Of a DNA stretch of 64,000 bases, positions 24,488 to 33,288 are shown one piece after another. Positions within the stretch are counted from its first letter, which is position 1. The number at the start of each line of letters is the position of its first letter. Made by a program: the position numbers and the translations under genes. Origin of the DNA: Phycisphaerales bacterium (GTDB lineage: Bacteria > Planctomycetota > Phycisphaerae > Phycisphaerales > UBA1924); the NCBI GenBank assembly GCA_027019265.1, contig JALUWX010000045.1:6-64005 (forward strand). The letters run 5' to 3'. The notes beneath the pieces are model-generated. The model did not search any database. It worked only from the letters and a program-made list of their open reading frames with translations, and was not told the DNA's origin.

Positions 24488-25603
24488 TCAGGGGCGCGTC
24501 GTGCTCAGGGAGCGTTCGATCGTACCGAGGATCCGCTCGCACGCGCTGGGGAGCCCTTGGGGATCACCCCCGTTGGCTATCACATGATCGGATCGTTTGC
24601 GCTTGGTTTCAAGTGGGAGCTGGGCATTTTCTCGTCGATCCAGCTCGGATTCGTCCCAGTTGCGGGTTCTTTTGACCCTTTCGAGACGGATTTCCCGGGG
24701 GGTATCCACGAAAACGACGGTGTCACATTCGTCGTCGATGTTGGCTTCGAAGAGGAGGGGCGCGTCGATGATGACGGCCCTGATGGTGGGGTCCTGGCGC
24801 GCCTGGGTGATGGTGCGGGCTCGGTCTTCGTGGATGATGGGGTGGGTGACGGATTCGAGGTAGGCGCGCTCGGATTCGTCGTTGAAGACGATGGAGGCGA
24901 TGACGGCGCGGTCGAGTTGGCCGTCGGATGAGAGGATCCGGTCTCCCCATCGGTCGATGAGCTTGCGTTTGACGTCTTCGCGCGTGAGGGCGCGTTTGCC
25001 CGAGACGTCGGAGTCGGAGACGACACATCCGATGGAGGCGAAGGCTTGCGCGACGCGCGACTTGCCCGAGCCGACTCCACCTGCGAGCCCGATGATGGGG
25101 ATCCGTCGGGATGTGTTAGATGGGGCGCGGTTCATCTGGGCTCGGATTGTTTCGAGGATCTCGCTCGGTTTCTCCATGGAGCGCCAGACGAGCTCGATGT
25201 CGGCCGTCCCGGCGCTGGATGCGCCGATGGATCCGACCCCGAAGATTCGTTCGACGAGTGGTCGGACGATGACGAGGTGCTGGACTTTTTCGAGCGCGAT
25301 TTCGTGGCGCACGGTGGTGAAGACGCCGTGGGTCGCGATGAGGCGCTGGGTGGTGAGGATGTGACGGCGCGCGAGGAGGTCGAGGATCGAGTAGATGAGT
25401 CGGATGGCGATGATCCCGAGCGCGATCCAGGCGATGAGCCCGAGCCCGAGGTTGGGGAGGATCCCGGACATCCAGATTAGGAGGACCCAGGTGAGGAGCC
25501 CGAAGACGAGGGTTCGCCAGGTGCGCACGACGACGAAGACGAGGTGGGGTCTTGTGTCGAGGACGGTGGTCTCGGCTGGTTGGGATGGAGCTTCGGGGCT
25601 CAT
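24488..25603 (-). CDS. coaE: Fusion protein: two TM helices plus a bacterial PH (YdbS/YdbT-like) domain fused to dephospho-CoA kinase
   Basis: C-terminal half: IIGLAGGVGSGKS P-loop, HPIIHE, IDAPLLFE and VVFVDTPREIRLERV, typical of CoaE. N-terminal ~190 aa: two helices, then TTQRLIATHGVFTTVRHEIALEKVQHLVIVRPLVERIFGVGSI (bPH_2-like). The ATG at 25603 is in frame. The rest of the 888-aa track ORF is antisense to pgi. Confidence 0.8.
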   Translation of the reverse strand: MSPEAPSQPAETTVLDTRPHLVFVVVRTWRTLVFGLLTWVLLIWMSGILPNLGLGLIAWIALGIIAIRLIYSILDLLARRHILTTQRLIATHGVFTTVRHEIALEKVQHLVIVRPLVERIFGVGSIGASSAGTADIELVWRSMEKPSEILETIRAQMNRAPSNTSRRIPIIGLAGGVGSGKSRVAQAFASIGCVVSDSDVSGKRALTREDVKRKLIDRWGDRILSSDGQLDRAVIASIVFNDESERAYLESVTHPIIHEDRARTITQARQDPTIRAVIIDAPLLFEANIDDECDTVVFVDTPREIRLERVKRTRNWDESELDRRENAQLPLETKRKRSDHVIANGGDPQGLPSACERILGTIERSLSTTRP

Positions 25604-25675
25604 ACCGGAGTATCGGCTTGTCCGGTCGATCGGGCTGAATGGGCCGGGGGAATCGTGGTCGGCTATGCTCGGGAC

Positions 25676-27079
25676 ATGCTCACCATTGATTATGCGAACT
25701 GTCTGTCCACACGTGTCGGCTCTCACGGGATCGATCCCGCGCGGGTGGACGGGTCCTCTGAGGAAGCGAAGGGGCTCGCGGCGATCACGCGGTCTCTGAA
25801 AGAGACGCGCGGGACGGGGTGGGAGCGGTGGTTCGGGCTTTGGAATGAACCGATGCGCTCGGAGCACGTGGGCGCGATCAAGCCCTTGGTGAAGTCGCTG
25901 CACGGGAAGTTCGAGAACATGGTGGTGCTGGGGATCGGGGGGAGTGCGCTGGGGAACATCGCGATCCAGAGCGCGCTCAACCCGGCGACGTACAACCTGC
26001 TGAGCTCCAAGGAACGGGGCGGGCCTCGGATGTTCGTGGTGGACAACGTGGACCCGGTGAATCTTGCGGGGGTGCTGGCGCAGTGCGAGCCCAAGAAGAC
26101 GTTGTTCAATGTGATCTCCAAGTCCGGGGAGACGGCGGAGACGGCCGCCCAGTTCATGCTGGTGCGCCGGATGCTCGAGGACGCGCTGGGGAAGAAGTGG
26201 GCTTCGCACGTCGTCGCGATCACGGACCCCGAGAAGGGGACGATGCGCACGATCTGCGATGAGCACGGGATCACGACGTTGCCCGTCCCGGAAGGGGTCG
26301 GGGGTCGGTTCTCGTCGTTGTCCCCGGTGGGGTTGTTCTCGAGCGCGATGTGCGGGATTGATATCGATGCGTTGCTCGACGGCGCGAAGGCGATGGACGA
26401 GCGGTGTCGGTCCGAGGACCTCACCAAGAACCCGGCGGCGATGCTGGCGCATCTGCTTGTGGATCTGGGGAACCGGAAGGGGAAGCACTCGCACGTGATG
26501 ATGCCGTACTGCAATGCGCTGTACCTGATGGCGGATTGGTACCGTCAGCTGTGGGCGGAATCGCTCGGGAAGCGGCGCGACAAGGACGGGGCGGAGGTGT
26601 TCACGGGGTTCACGCCGATCAAGGCGCTGGGCGCGACGGATCAGCACTCGCAGGTGCAGCTGTACCGGGAGGGGCCGAACGACAAGGTGTTCATCCTGTG
26701 CGAGGTTGAGAAGTTCGACGAAGATCTGACGATCCCGACGGGGATGGGGGTCGAGGCGCTGTCGTACCTCGAGGGCAAGTCGATGCAGACGCTGCTCAAT
26801 GCGGAGAAGCGCGCGACGGAGTATGCGCTGCTCGAGTCGGGTCGTCCGAACATGACGATCCGGTTCCCGAAGGTCGATGCGCATCACATCGGGGAGTTCA
26901 TCGCGCTGTGGCAGATCGCGACGGCGTACGCGGGGAGACTCCTGAATATCGATGCGTACGACCAGCCGGCGGTGGAGACGGGGAAGAAGGCGACGTTCGG
27001 GCTGATGGGTCGCGCGGGGTACGAGGATTGGTTGGCGAAGGTGGATTCGGCGCTGGCGGCGACGGATTACGTGGTTTAA
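25676..27079 (+). CDS. pgi: Glucose-6-phosphate isomerase
   Basis: Motifs GIGGSALG, ISKSGETAET, VPEGVGGRFS and LGATDQHSQVQLYREGPND. The ATG at 25676 was chosen. Confidence 0.9.
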   Translation: MLTIDYANCLSTRVGSHGIDPARVDGSSEEAKGLAAITRSLKETRGTGWERWFGLWNEPMRSEHVGAIKPLVKSLHGKFENMVVLGIGGSALGNIAIQSALNPATYNLLSSKERGGPRMFVVDNVDPVNLAGVLAQCEPKKTLFNVISKSGETAETAAQFMLVRRMLEDALGKKWASHVVAITDPEKGTMRTICDEHGITTLPVPEGVGGRFSSLSPVGLFSSAMCGIDIDALLDGAKAMDERCRSEDLTKNPAAMLAHLLVDLGNRKGKHSHVMMPYCNALYLMADWYRQLWAESLGKRRDKDGAEVFTGFTPIKALGATDQHSQVQLYREGPNDKVFILCEVEKFDEDLTIPTGMGVEALSYLEGKSMQTLLNAEKRATEYALLESGRPNMTIRFPKVDAHHIGEFIALWQIATAYAGRLLNIDAYDQPAVETGKKATFGLMGRAGYEDWLAKVDSALAATDYVV

Positions 27080-27120
27080 GCGAGACCGAACCGATCGCTT
27101 CTGCCTGCGGATAATCCGGC

Positions 27121-27639
27121 ATGAATCGGGGCGTGATTTCCATCCTTGTCGCACTCATCGCGGCCGCGATCCTGGTGGGGATCGGCGGGTTCGTGTATTA
27201 CCCGCAGAAAGAGCTTTGGATGGACTTCGACACGCTCCGGTTCAGGTCGAACCAGCGGGTGTTTGTCTATCGGTACGACTCGCGGATCGTCGAGACCTGG
27301 GCGACACCACGCTTCGAGCCCATCACGCAAGACAACTGGACGTTTCTGCTCAGCCACGGCTCGAACGTTCGGGTGAATACCCATGGCGGGCAGCTCATGT
27401 CGGGGATCCAGCAGTTGGATTTTGTGCTTGAGAGCGAGGGCGCGAGTCAGCGCGTCCGGGACTATGCGGTGGATCGATTGCTCCACATCTTGCATACCCG
27501 ATCCGATCCGCTCGAACGTGTTTCGGATGCCGCGGATTGGGTTCGGTGTGTTGTTGAGAACGGCTACTTCGATACCCGCTCCGAGTCAGACCTGGATTCG
27601 GGCTATCTCGATCTGATGGATCGCTGTGTTCCCCCTTGA
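27121..27639 (+). CDS. Hypothetical membrane-anchored protein
   Basis: A 172-aa ORF with one N-terminal TM helix (VISILVALIAAAILVGIGGFVYY) and normal composition. I recognised no family. Confidence 0.5.
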   Translation: MNRGVISILVALIAAAILVGIGGFVYYPQKELWMDFDTLRFRSNQRVFVYRYDSRIVETWATPRFEPITQDNWTFLLSHGSNVRVNTHGGQLMSGIQQLDFVLESEGASQRVRDYAVDRLLHILHTRSDPLERVSDAADWVRCVVENGYFDTRSESDLDSGYLDLMDRCVPP

Positions 27640-28878
27640 TCAGCGGACCGATGAGATCCAGGCACCGCCGAGGACGTGGTCGGGGTTGGTGAGGTCGTAG
27701 ATCGCGAGGGCTTGGCCGGGGGTGACGGCGCGTTGGGGGTCGGCGAAGGCGCATTCGATCGCGCCGGTTCGGCCGGAGGGGGTTGTGTTGCTCGCAGGGC
27801 CCCCACTGCTGTCGTCGGGGATGATGCGGACTTTCGCGCGGACCTGGTCCATGTTGTAGCGGTGACGGACGTAGACGTCGCGCCAGTCGTGGAGTTCGGA
27901 CTCGTCGATGAGGAGGTTGAGTTCGTGCGCGGTGCAGGATTTGGAGAGGAGGTCGTCGTTTTGGCCGACGGTGATGGTGTTGGTGTCGGGGTCTTTGTTG
28001 ACGACGTAGATGGGGTGTCCGAGCGCGACTCCGATCCCTCGGCGCTGGCCGATGGTGAACTTGTGTTGGCCTTGGTGCTGGCCGACAACTTCTCCGGATT
28101 GGTTCAGGATGTTGCCTTCTTGGGAGAGCTCGGGTCGTCGTCGTTCGACGAGCCCGACGTAGTCGTTGTCGGGGACGAAGCAGATCTCCTGGGAGTCGGG
28201 CTTGTCGAAGACGGGGAGGTTGTGCTTCTCGGCGATCGCGCGGACTTCGGCTTTGGTTTCGTATTCCCCGATGGGGAGGAGCATCTCGGGGAGTCGGTCT
28301 CTGGGTGCGCCGAAGAGGACGTAGGACTGGTCTTTGGACGAGTCTTTGCCGCGGAGGAGTTTGGGGGCGGGGCCGGAGCGGTCGATCCGCGCGTAGTGGC
28401 CGCTCGCGATGTAGTCGGCGCCGATCTGTTTGGCGTAGTCGTGGAGCTTTCCGAACTTGAGCCAGTCGTTGCAGCGGACGCAGGGATTGGGGGTTCGGCC
28501 GTTGGCGTATTCGTCCACGAAGTAGTCGATGATGCGCCCGAAGTCCTTTTTGAAGTTGCAGATGTAGAGGGGGATACCCAACGCGGCGGCGACGAGCTGC
28601 GCGTCGTGCGCGTCGCCGACGGAGCAGCAGCCCTGGTGTCCGATTTTGACTTTGTCGGGGTCGCAGGAGACGCCGGCGGAGTCGTAGGGCTGGAGTTCGT
28701 CGAGGGTTTCGCCGGGGGATCCGAGGCGCATGAAGCAGCCGACGACGTCGTAGCCCTGGTCGAGGAGGAGGGCGGCGGCGGCTGATGAATCCACTCCCCC
28801 ACTCATCGCAACGAGGACCTTGGGCTTGGACCCATCGGTCGAGTTGAGAGGGCTGAATGTCGCACTGAGATCGGACAT
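27640..28878 (-). CDS. mnmA: tRNA-specific 2-thiouridylase MnmA
   Basis: PP-loop VAMSGGVDSS, CCSVGD, the catalytic Cys context and the C-terminal barrel. It has the full-length family layout. Confidence 0.93.
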   Translation of the reverse strand: MSDLSATFSPLNSTDGSKPKVLVAMSGGVDSSAAAALLLDQGYDVVGCFMRLGSPGETLDELQPYDSAGVSCDPDKVKIGHQGCCSVGDAHDAQLVAAALGIPLYICNFKKDFGRIIDYFVDEYANGRTPNPCVRCNDWLKFGKLHDYAKQIGADYIASGHYARIDRSGPAPKLLRGKDSSKDQSYVLFGAPRDRLPEMLLPIGEYETKAEVRAIAEKHNLPVFDKPDSQEICFVPDNDYVGLVERRRPELSQEGNILNQSGEVVGQHQGQHKFTIGQRRGIGVALGHPIYVVNKDPDTNTITVGQNDDLLSKSCTAHELNLLIDESELHDWRDVYVRHRYNMDQVRAKVRIIPDDSSGGPASNTTPSGRTGAIECAFADPQRAVTPGQALAIYDLTNPDHVLGGAWISSVR

Positions 28879-28959
28879 GGCTCGGAGTCTATTACTGCTT
28901 AAGCACTTGCGTCACACGACAACAACGATTGATTGCATAGACAGAATGGTCTTTCTTGT

Positions 28960-29433
28960 TCAATACATGAGGTCGTTGGGGTCGGATTTGCCTGTTTCGT
29001 GGTCGTCGATCTGGATCCGGATCTGGTCGAGCATGGCGTAGAACCGAGCACGCTCTTCTCTGGGGAGGGACTTGGCGACGGCTTTCATGTTCTCGATGGT
29101 GAGTTGTTTGGTGAGGTTGGAGCCGTCGGGGAGTCTCCGGACGGCGAAACCGGGTTTCTCGGAGAGGAACTCGGGGGATCTTTCGATCATGTCGGCCATT
29201 TTGCGGAGCATGGAGGCGGCGGTGGCCGGCGCGACCCCGTGTCCGATCCGGACCCGGACGGGGGCCGTCTGGGAGTCCGAATCCGGGCGATTCACGATGG
29301 ATCCGGAGATGACGTGGCCTTCGGTGTCGGCCGTGGGATCGTCTTCCCGGTCAACGGTGGCCGCATTGAACCCGGAGAGGTATGCGGCGAGTTTGGCGGT
29401 GTCGTGGGTGGGTTTCTGGTTGAAGTCGTTCAT
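28960..29433 (-). CDS. Hypothetical protein divergent from flgI
   Basis: The ATG at 29433 (MNDFNQKPTHD...) gives 157 aa of normal composition. The upstream part of the 420-aa track ORF is Arg/Pro-rich antisense to flgI and is rejected. Confidence 0.5.
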   Translation of the reverse strand: MNDFNQKPTHDTAKLAAYLSGFNAATVDREDDPTADTEGHVISGSIVNRPDSDSQTAPVRVRIGHGVAPATAASMLRKMADMIERSPEFLSEKPGFAVRRLPDGSNLTKQLTIENMKAVAKSLPREERARFYAMLDQIRIQIDDHETGKSDPNDLMY

Positions 29434-29499
29434 CGGGGGATGGTAGCGCCGTCGGTTTGGCACACGATTCGCGTTGTGGCTCCGTGAAGGAGTCTGTTC

Positions 29500-30585
29500 A
29501 TGCGACGATGGATCGTCCACATCCTTATTTGTGTCGGGCTTTGCGCCACGACAGCGCATGCGGGGAAAACGCTGCGCGACGTCACGCGCGTCAGGGGACA
29601 AGGTGCGAGTGTGATCCAGGGCTTGGGTCTGGTGATCGGGCTCGACGGGACGGGCGACGACGGGACGGAGCTCGCGATGGCGCGTCCGCTCGCGCAGACC
29701 CTGACGAACCTCGGGAACCCCGTGAGTATCGACGATCTGGCTTCGGCGAAGTCGGCGGCGTTGGTGCTCGTGACCTGTGAGATCCCGAGGGGGGGAGGGA
29801 AGGTCGATGACCAGTTCGATATCACGATCTCGGTGATCAACAGTGCGGAGTCGCTCGAGGGCGGGACGCTCTTGATGACGCCGCTCGCGCCCCGGCCGGG
29901 GTCTCCGGTGTACGGGTTTGCGCAGGGTCGGTTGTCGCTCCCGGATCGGGAGTTCAAAACGGTTGCGTCGATCTCGCGCGGTGCGCAGCTCGTGCGCGAC
30001 GTGAACACGATGCCTTCCATCGCTGGGAGCTTCGAGCTGATCATCGAATCGCCGTTCTCGGGATGGGGAGCGGCGAGTTCGATGGCGGCGGAGATCGATC
30101 AGAACTACCGGCTGTCGTCGGATCGATTGGGTGACCCGATCGCGCACGCGATCGATCATCGGACGATCCGGGTGACGGTTCCGACGAGTGAGCGCCGGGA
30201 TCCGGGCGCGTTCTTCGGGCACGTGATGGAGACGGACGTGTCGGGGGCGCTGCGGAAGCTTCCGGCGCAGGTGATCTGCGATTCACGCTCGGGGATCATC
30301 GTGATGACTGGTTCTGTGGAGGTGTCGCCGACGGTGATTACCCATAAGGACCTGGTGATCACGACGCTGGTGGATCCGGCGGCGGCGGAAGCGGGGACGA
30401 GCGAGTTCGCGGCGGTGAAGACGGCGGAAGAGACGGACGCGGACACGACAACGGCGAAGCTCGAGGACCTGATCAACGCGTTCGACCAGCTCGATGTGCC
30501 TCCGGTGGAGCAGATCCGGATTCTGCAGCTGATCCATCAGGCCGGCAACCTGCACGCGCGGTTGATCGTGGACGGGATCGGTTGA
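29500..30585 (+). CDS. flgI: Flagellar P-ring protein FlgI
   Basis: A signal peptide is followed by LRDVTRVRGQGASVIQGLGLVIGLDGTGD, the hallmark FlgI N-terminus. The C-terminal part is LQLIHQAGNLHARLIV. Confidence 0.9.
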   Translation: MRRWIVHILICVGLCATTAHAGKTLRDVTRVRGQGASVIQGLGLVIGLDGTGDDGTELAMARPLAQTLTNLGNPVSIDDLASAKSAALVLVTCEIPRGGGKVDDQFDITISVINSAESLEGGTLLMTPLAPRPGSPVYGFAQGRLSLPDREFKTVASISRGAQLVRDVNTMPSIAGSFELIIESPFSGWGAASSMAAEIDQNYRLSSDRLGDPIAHAIDHRTIRVTVPTSERRDPGAFFGHVMETDVSGALRKLPAQVICDSRSGIIVMTGSVEVSPTVITHKDLVITTLVDPAAAEAGTSEFAAVKTAEETDADTTTAKLEDLINAFDQLDVPPVEQIRILQLIHQAGNLHARLIVDGIG

Positions 30586-30603
30586 GGAAAGAAAGGACAC
30601 GAG

Positions 30604-31032
30604 ATGAACCCCATTCTGACCAGCTCGAACTCGCAGTCGCTGAACCCGACGGCGCTGATGATCAAGGGGAAGCAGCGCACGGAGGGGCAGAACGTGTTCA
30701 GCCCTTCGATCGGGTCGGGGACGGAAGCTGCGGCTTCGAAAGGGACGACCCGCGCCGAACAGGCGAAGGAAGCTGCTGATAAGCTCGTCGCGACGACGTT
30801 CATCAAGCCCATCCTGAGCGAAGCGCGGAAGATGGACAACGCGCCGGCGCCGTTCAAGCCCACCCAGGCGGAGGAGATGTTCGGCGCGATGCTCGACAAC
30901 AAGATCGCGGACGAGCTGGTCGCGAAGCTGAACCTTCCGCTCGCGCAGCGGATGACCCGTGACATGGTGGATCGGATCCCAGAGTCGGAGCAGAATCAGG
31001 TTTCGACGAAGCGCGTGGACATCCTGGGATGA
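30604..31032 (+). CDS. Flagellar rod-binding protein (FlgJ N-terminal-domain-like, no muramidase domain)
   Basis: KLVATTFIKPILSEARKMDN...AEEMFGAMLDNKIADELVAKLNLPLAQRM matches the rod-binding domain pattern. It lies between flgI and flgN. Confidence 0.65.
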   Translation: MNPILTSSNSQSLNPTALMIKGKQRTEGQNVFSPSIGSGTEAAASKGTTRAEQAKEAADKLVATTFIKPILSEARKMDNAPAPFKPTQAEEMFGAMLDNKIADELVAKLNLPLAQRMTRDMVDRIPESEQNQVSTKRVDILG

Positions 31033-31541
31033 ACGCGACACTGACCCATCCCGGGAAAGCGATCGATGCGGCGCGGCTCGATGATCTGCTGACGGATCTG
31101 GAGCGCGAGCACGAGACGCTGCTGTCGCTGGCCGGGGAGCAGCGGAACGCGGTGATGAGCGCGGACGCGCGGGCGCTTCAGCGGATCACGAGCGAGACGG
31201 CGGAGACGCTCGGTCGGATCGCGCACACGGAGCACACGCGCCGATCGCTCGTGACGGGCGTGGACGGGACGACCCCGACGCTCGAGCAGATCGCGACGAC
31301 CCTGGACCCGGAACGCGCGGAGTCGCTGAGGGAACGGGCCGCATCGCTCCGCTCGCTGATGGAGCGGATCAAGGAAGAGCAGGACGCGGTGCGGGTTGCG
31401 AGCGAGGCGCTCGCGGCACACATGAAGGGATTGGTGGAGCAGGTGAGCTCGAAGCTGTCTCATGCGGGGACGTACTCCCAGCGTGGGGCGGTGAGGCCGA
31501 CGACGCAGCAGGTGGTTTCCGGCGTGGACGTGGTGCGATGA
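31029..31541 (+). CDS. flgN: FlgN-like flagellar export chaperone
   Basis: A helical 170-aa protein whose start overlaps the upstream stop (ATGA). It lies directly upstream of flgK-flgL. The N-terminal pattern LDDLLTDLEREHETLLSLAGEQRNAV is FlgN-like. Confidence 0.6.
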   Translation: MNATLTHPGKAIDAARLDDLLTDLEREHETLLSLAGEQRNAVMSADARALQRITSETAETLGRIAHTEHTRRSLVTGVDGTTPTLEQIATTLDPERAESLRERAASLRSLMERIKEEQDAVRVASEALAAHMKGLVEQVSSKLSHAGTYSQRGAVRPTTQQVVSGVDVVR

Positions 31542-31554
31542 AGGAGATCCGGTC

Positions 31555-33276
31555 ATGAGCTTGACAGCAGCGATGAACATCGCGAACTCAGCGCTGACTG
31601 CTTCGCAGATCGGGCTGCAAGTGACGTCGCAGAACCTCGCGAACGTCTCGACCCCCGGGTATTCGAGACAGATCGCGCTGATGCGTGCGATCCGGGGTCA
31701 GGTCACGGACCCGAACATGATCGGGTCGGGGGTTGCGGTCGGTGAGGTTCGCCGGCAGATCGATCAGGCGCTGCAGAATCGTCTGTGGAACGCGAACTCG
31801 TCCGAGTTCTCGTCGGCGCAGCGCGCGAATGTGTTCTCGCAGCTCGAGTCGATCCTGAACGAGGGGACGGACTACGACCTGTCGAGCGAGCTCTCGTCGT
31901 TCTTCAATGTGTGGTCCGAAGCGACAACGGTGCTCGATTCGGGCGCGACGCTCGTGAATCAGGGGCGGACGGTCTCGACGTACATCCGGAATATGAGGAG
32001 CGATCTGCTCGCGCAGCGCCGTCAGATCGAGGACCAGATCGACGCGCAGGCGAACAACGCGGACGCGCTGTTCCAGGAGATCGCGACGATCAACTCGACG
32101 ATCTCGTCTCGTGAGATCGGGGACGCGCAGGCGAGCGCGCTCCGGGATCGTCGGGACCAGATCGTGACGGAGCTCTCCCAGCTCATGGAGATCACGGTCT
32201 CGGAGACGAACCAGGGCGGGTACAACGTGTACGTGGGCTCGACCCCGATCGTCCAGGGGAACAACTCGCGCGGGATCTCGATCGATCGTCGGACGATCAA
32301 CGGGAACCTGTCGGTGCGCGTCACGGTCGCTGACAACAACGACACGCTCGATGTCCAGGAGGGCTCGCTCGGTGGGCTGCTGTCGTCGCGCGATGGCGCG
32401 ATCGATGAAACGCTCGAGAAGCTCGATCGGATCGCGGCGAATCTGATCTTCGAGGTCAACAAGCTCCACTCGACGGGTGTGAACGAGGAGTGGCTCCAGA
32501 ACACGCTCGGGACGTTGCAGATCGACTCGGCGAACCAGGGGCTCGCGCTGAATCACCCGGACAACTTCGATCTGGCGGAGCTCCCCTTTGCGCCGGTGAA
32601 CGGCGGGTTCGTGGTGCATGTCCGGAACGAGGACACGGGGACCTCCAACGAGGTGTTCATCCCCGTGGATCTGGACGGGATCGACAGCACGGGCGCGGCC
32701 GGTTTCGGGGACGACACGTCGGCGGAGGACATCCGTGCGGCGCTCGACGCGATCGACGGGATCAGCGCGACGTTCGACCCGTCGGGTCGGTTGTCGATCC
32801 AGGGGGATCTGGGGTTCTCGTTCGCGTTCAGCGAGGATTCGTCGGGGGTGCTCGCGACGCTCGGGGTGAACACGTTCTTTGAAGGGACGGACGCTTCGGA
32901 TATCGGGGTGATCGATGACATCCAGCCCAACCTGGGGCGCGTGAGCACGGGGGGCGAGTTCAACGCGAACGGGACGGCGGCGCTCATCGCGGGGGTTGCG
33001 GACCAGACGGTGTCGGCGCTGGGGGACAAGAGCATCACGAAGTTCTGGGCTGTCCAGACCCAGAACATCGCGGTGCTGGCCGGGTCGGCGATCACCCAGG
33101 CAGACGCGGACGCGATCGTGCGTCAGAGTCTGGACGCGCAGCGCGCGTCGGTGTCCGGGGTGAGCGTTGACGAGGAATCGATCAACCTGATCTCGTATCA
33201 GAACCAGTACCAGGGCGCGGCGCGTGTGATCACGGCCGCTCAGGAGATGTTCGACACGCTGCTCACGCTCGTGTAA
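31555..33276 (+). CDS. flgK: Flagellar hook-associated protein 1 FlgK
   Basis: N-terminus SLTAAMNIANSALTASQIGLQVTSQNLANVSTPGYSRQ and C-terminus SGVSVDEESINLISYQNQYQGAARVI. Confidence 0.92.
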   Translation: MSLTAAMNIANSALTASQIGLQVTSQNLANVSTPGYSRQIALMRAIRGQVTDPNMIGSGVAVGEVRRQIDQALQNRLWNANSSEFSSAQRANVFSQLESILNEGTDYDLSSELSSFFNVWSEATTVLDSGATLVNQGRTVSTYIRNMRSDLLAQRRQIEDQIDAQANNADALFQEIATINSTISSREIGDAQASALRDRRDQIVTELSQLMEITVSETNQGGYNVYVGSTPIVQGNNSRGISIDRRTINGNLSVRVTVADNNDTLDVQEGSLGGLLSSRDGAIDETLEKLDRIAANLIFEVNKLHSTGVNEEWLQNTLGTLQIDSANQGLALNHPDNFDLAELPFAPVNGGFVVHVRNEDTGTSNEVFIPVDLDGIDSTGAAGFGDDTSAEDIRAALDAIDGISATFDPSGRLSIQGDLGFSFAFSEDSSGVLATLGVNTFFEGTDASDIGVIDDIQPNLGRVSTGGEFNANGTAALIAGVADQTVSALGDKSITKFWAVQTQNIAVLAGSAITQADADAIVRQSLDAQRASVSGVSVDEESINLISYQNQYQGAARVITAAQEMFDTLLTLV

Positions 33277-33288
33277 AGGAACAAACAG

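Noticed and set aside
25604-27154. The upstream 517 codons of the 888-aa minus-strand ORF (24488-27154).
   Set aside because: This part is Arg/Pro-rich and antisense to pgi. Only the 3' 371 codons, from the ATG at 25603 (bPH plus CoaE), look like real protein.
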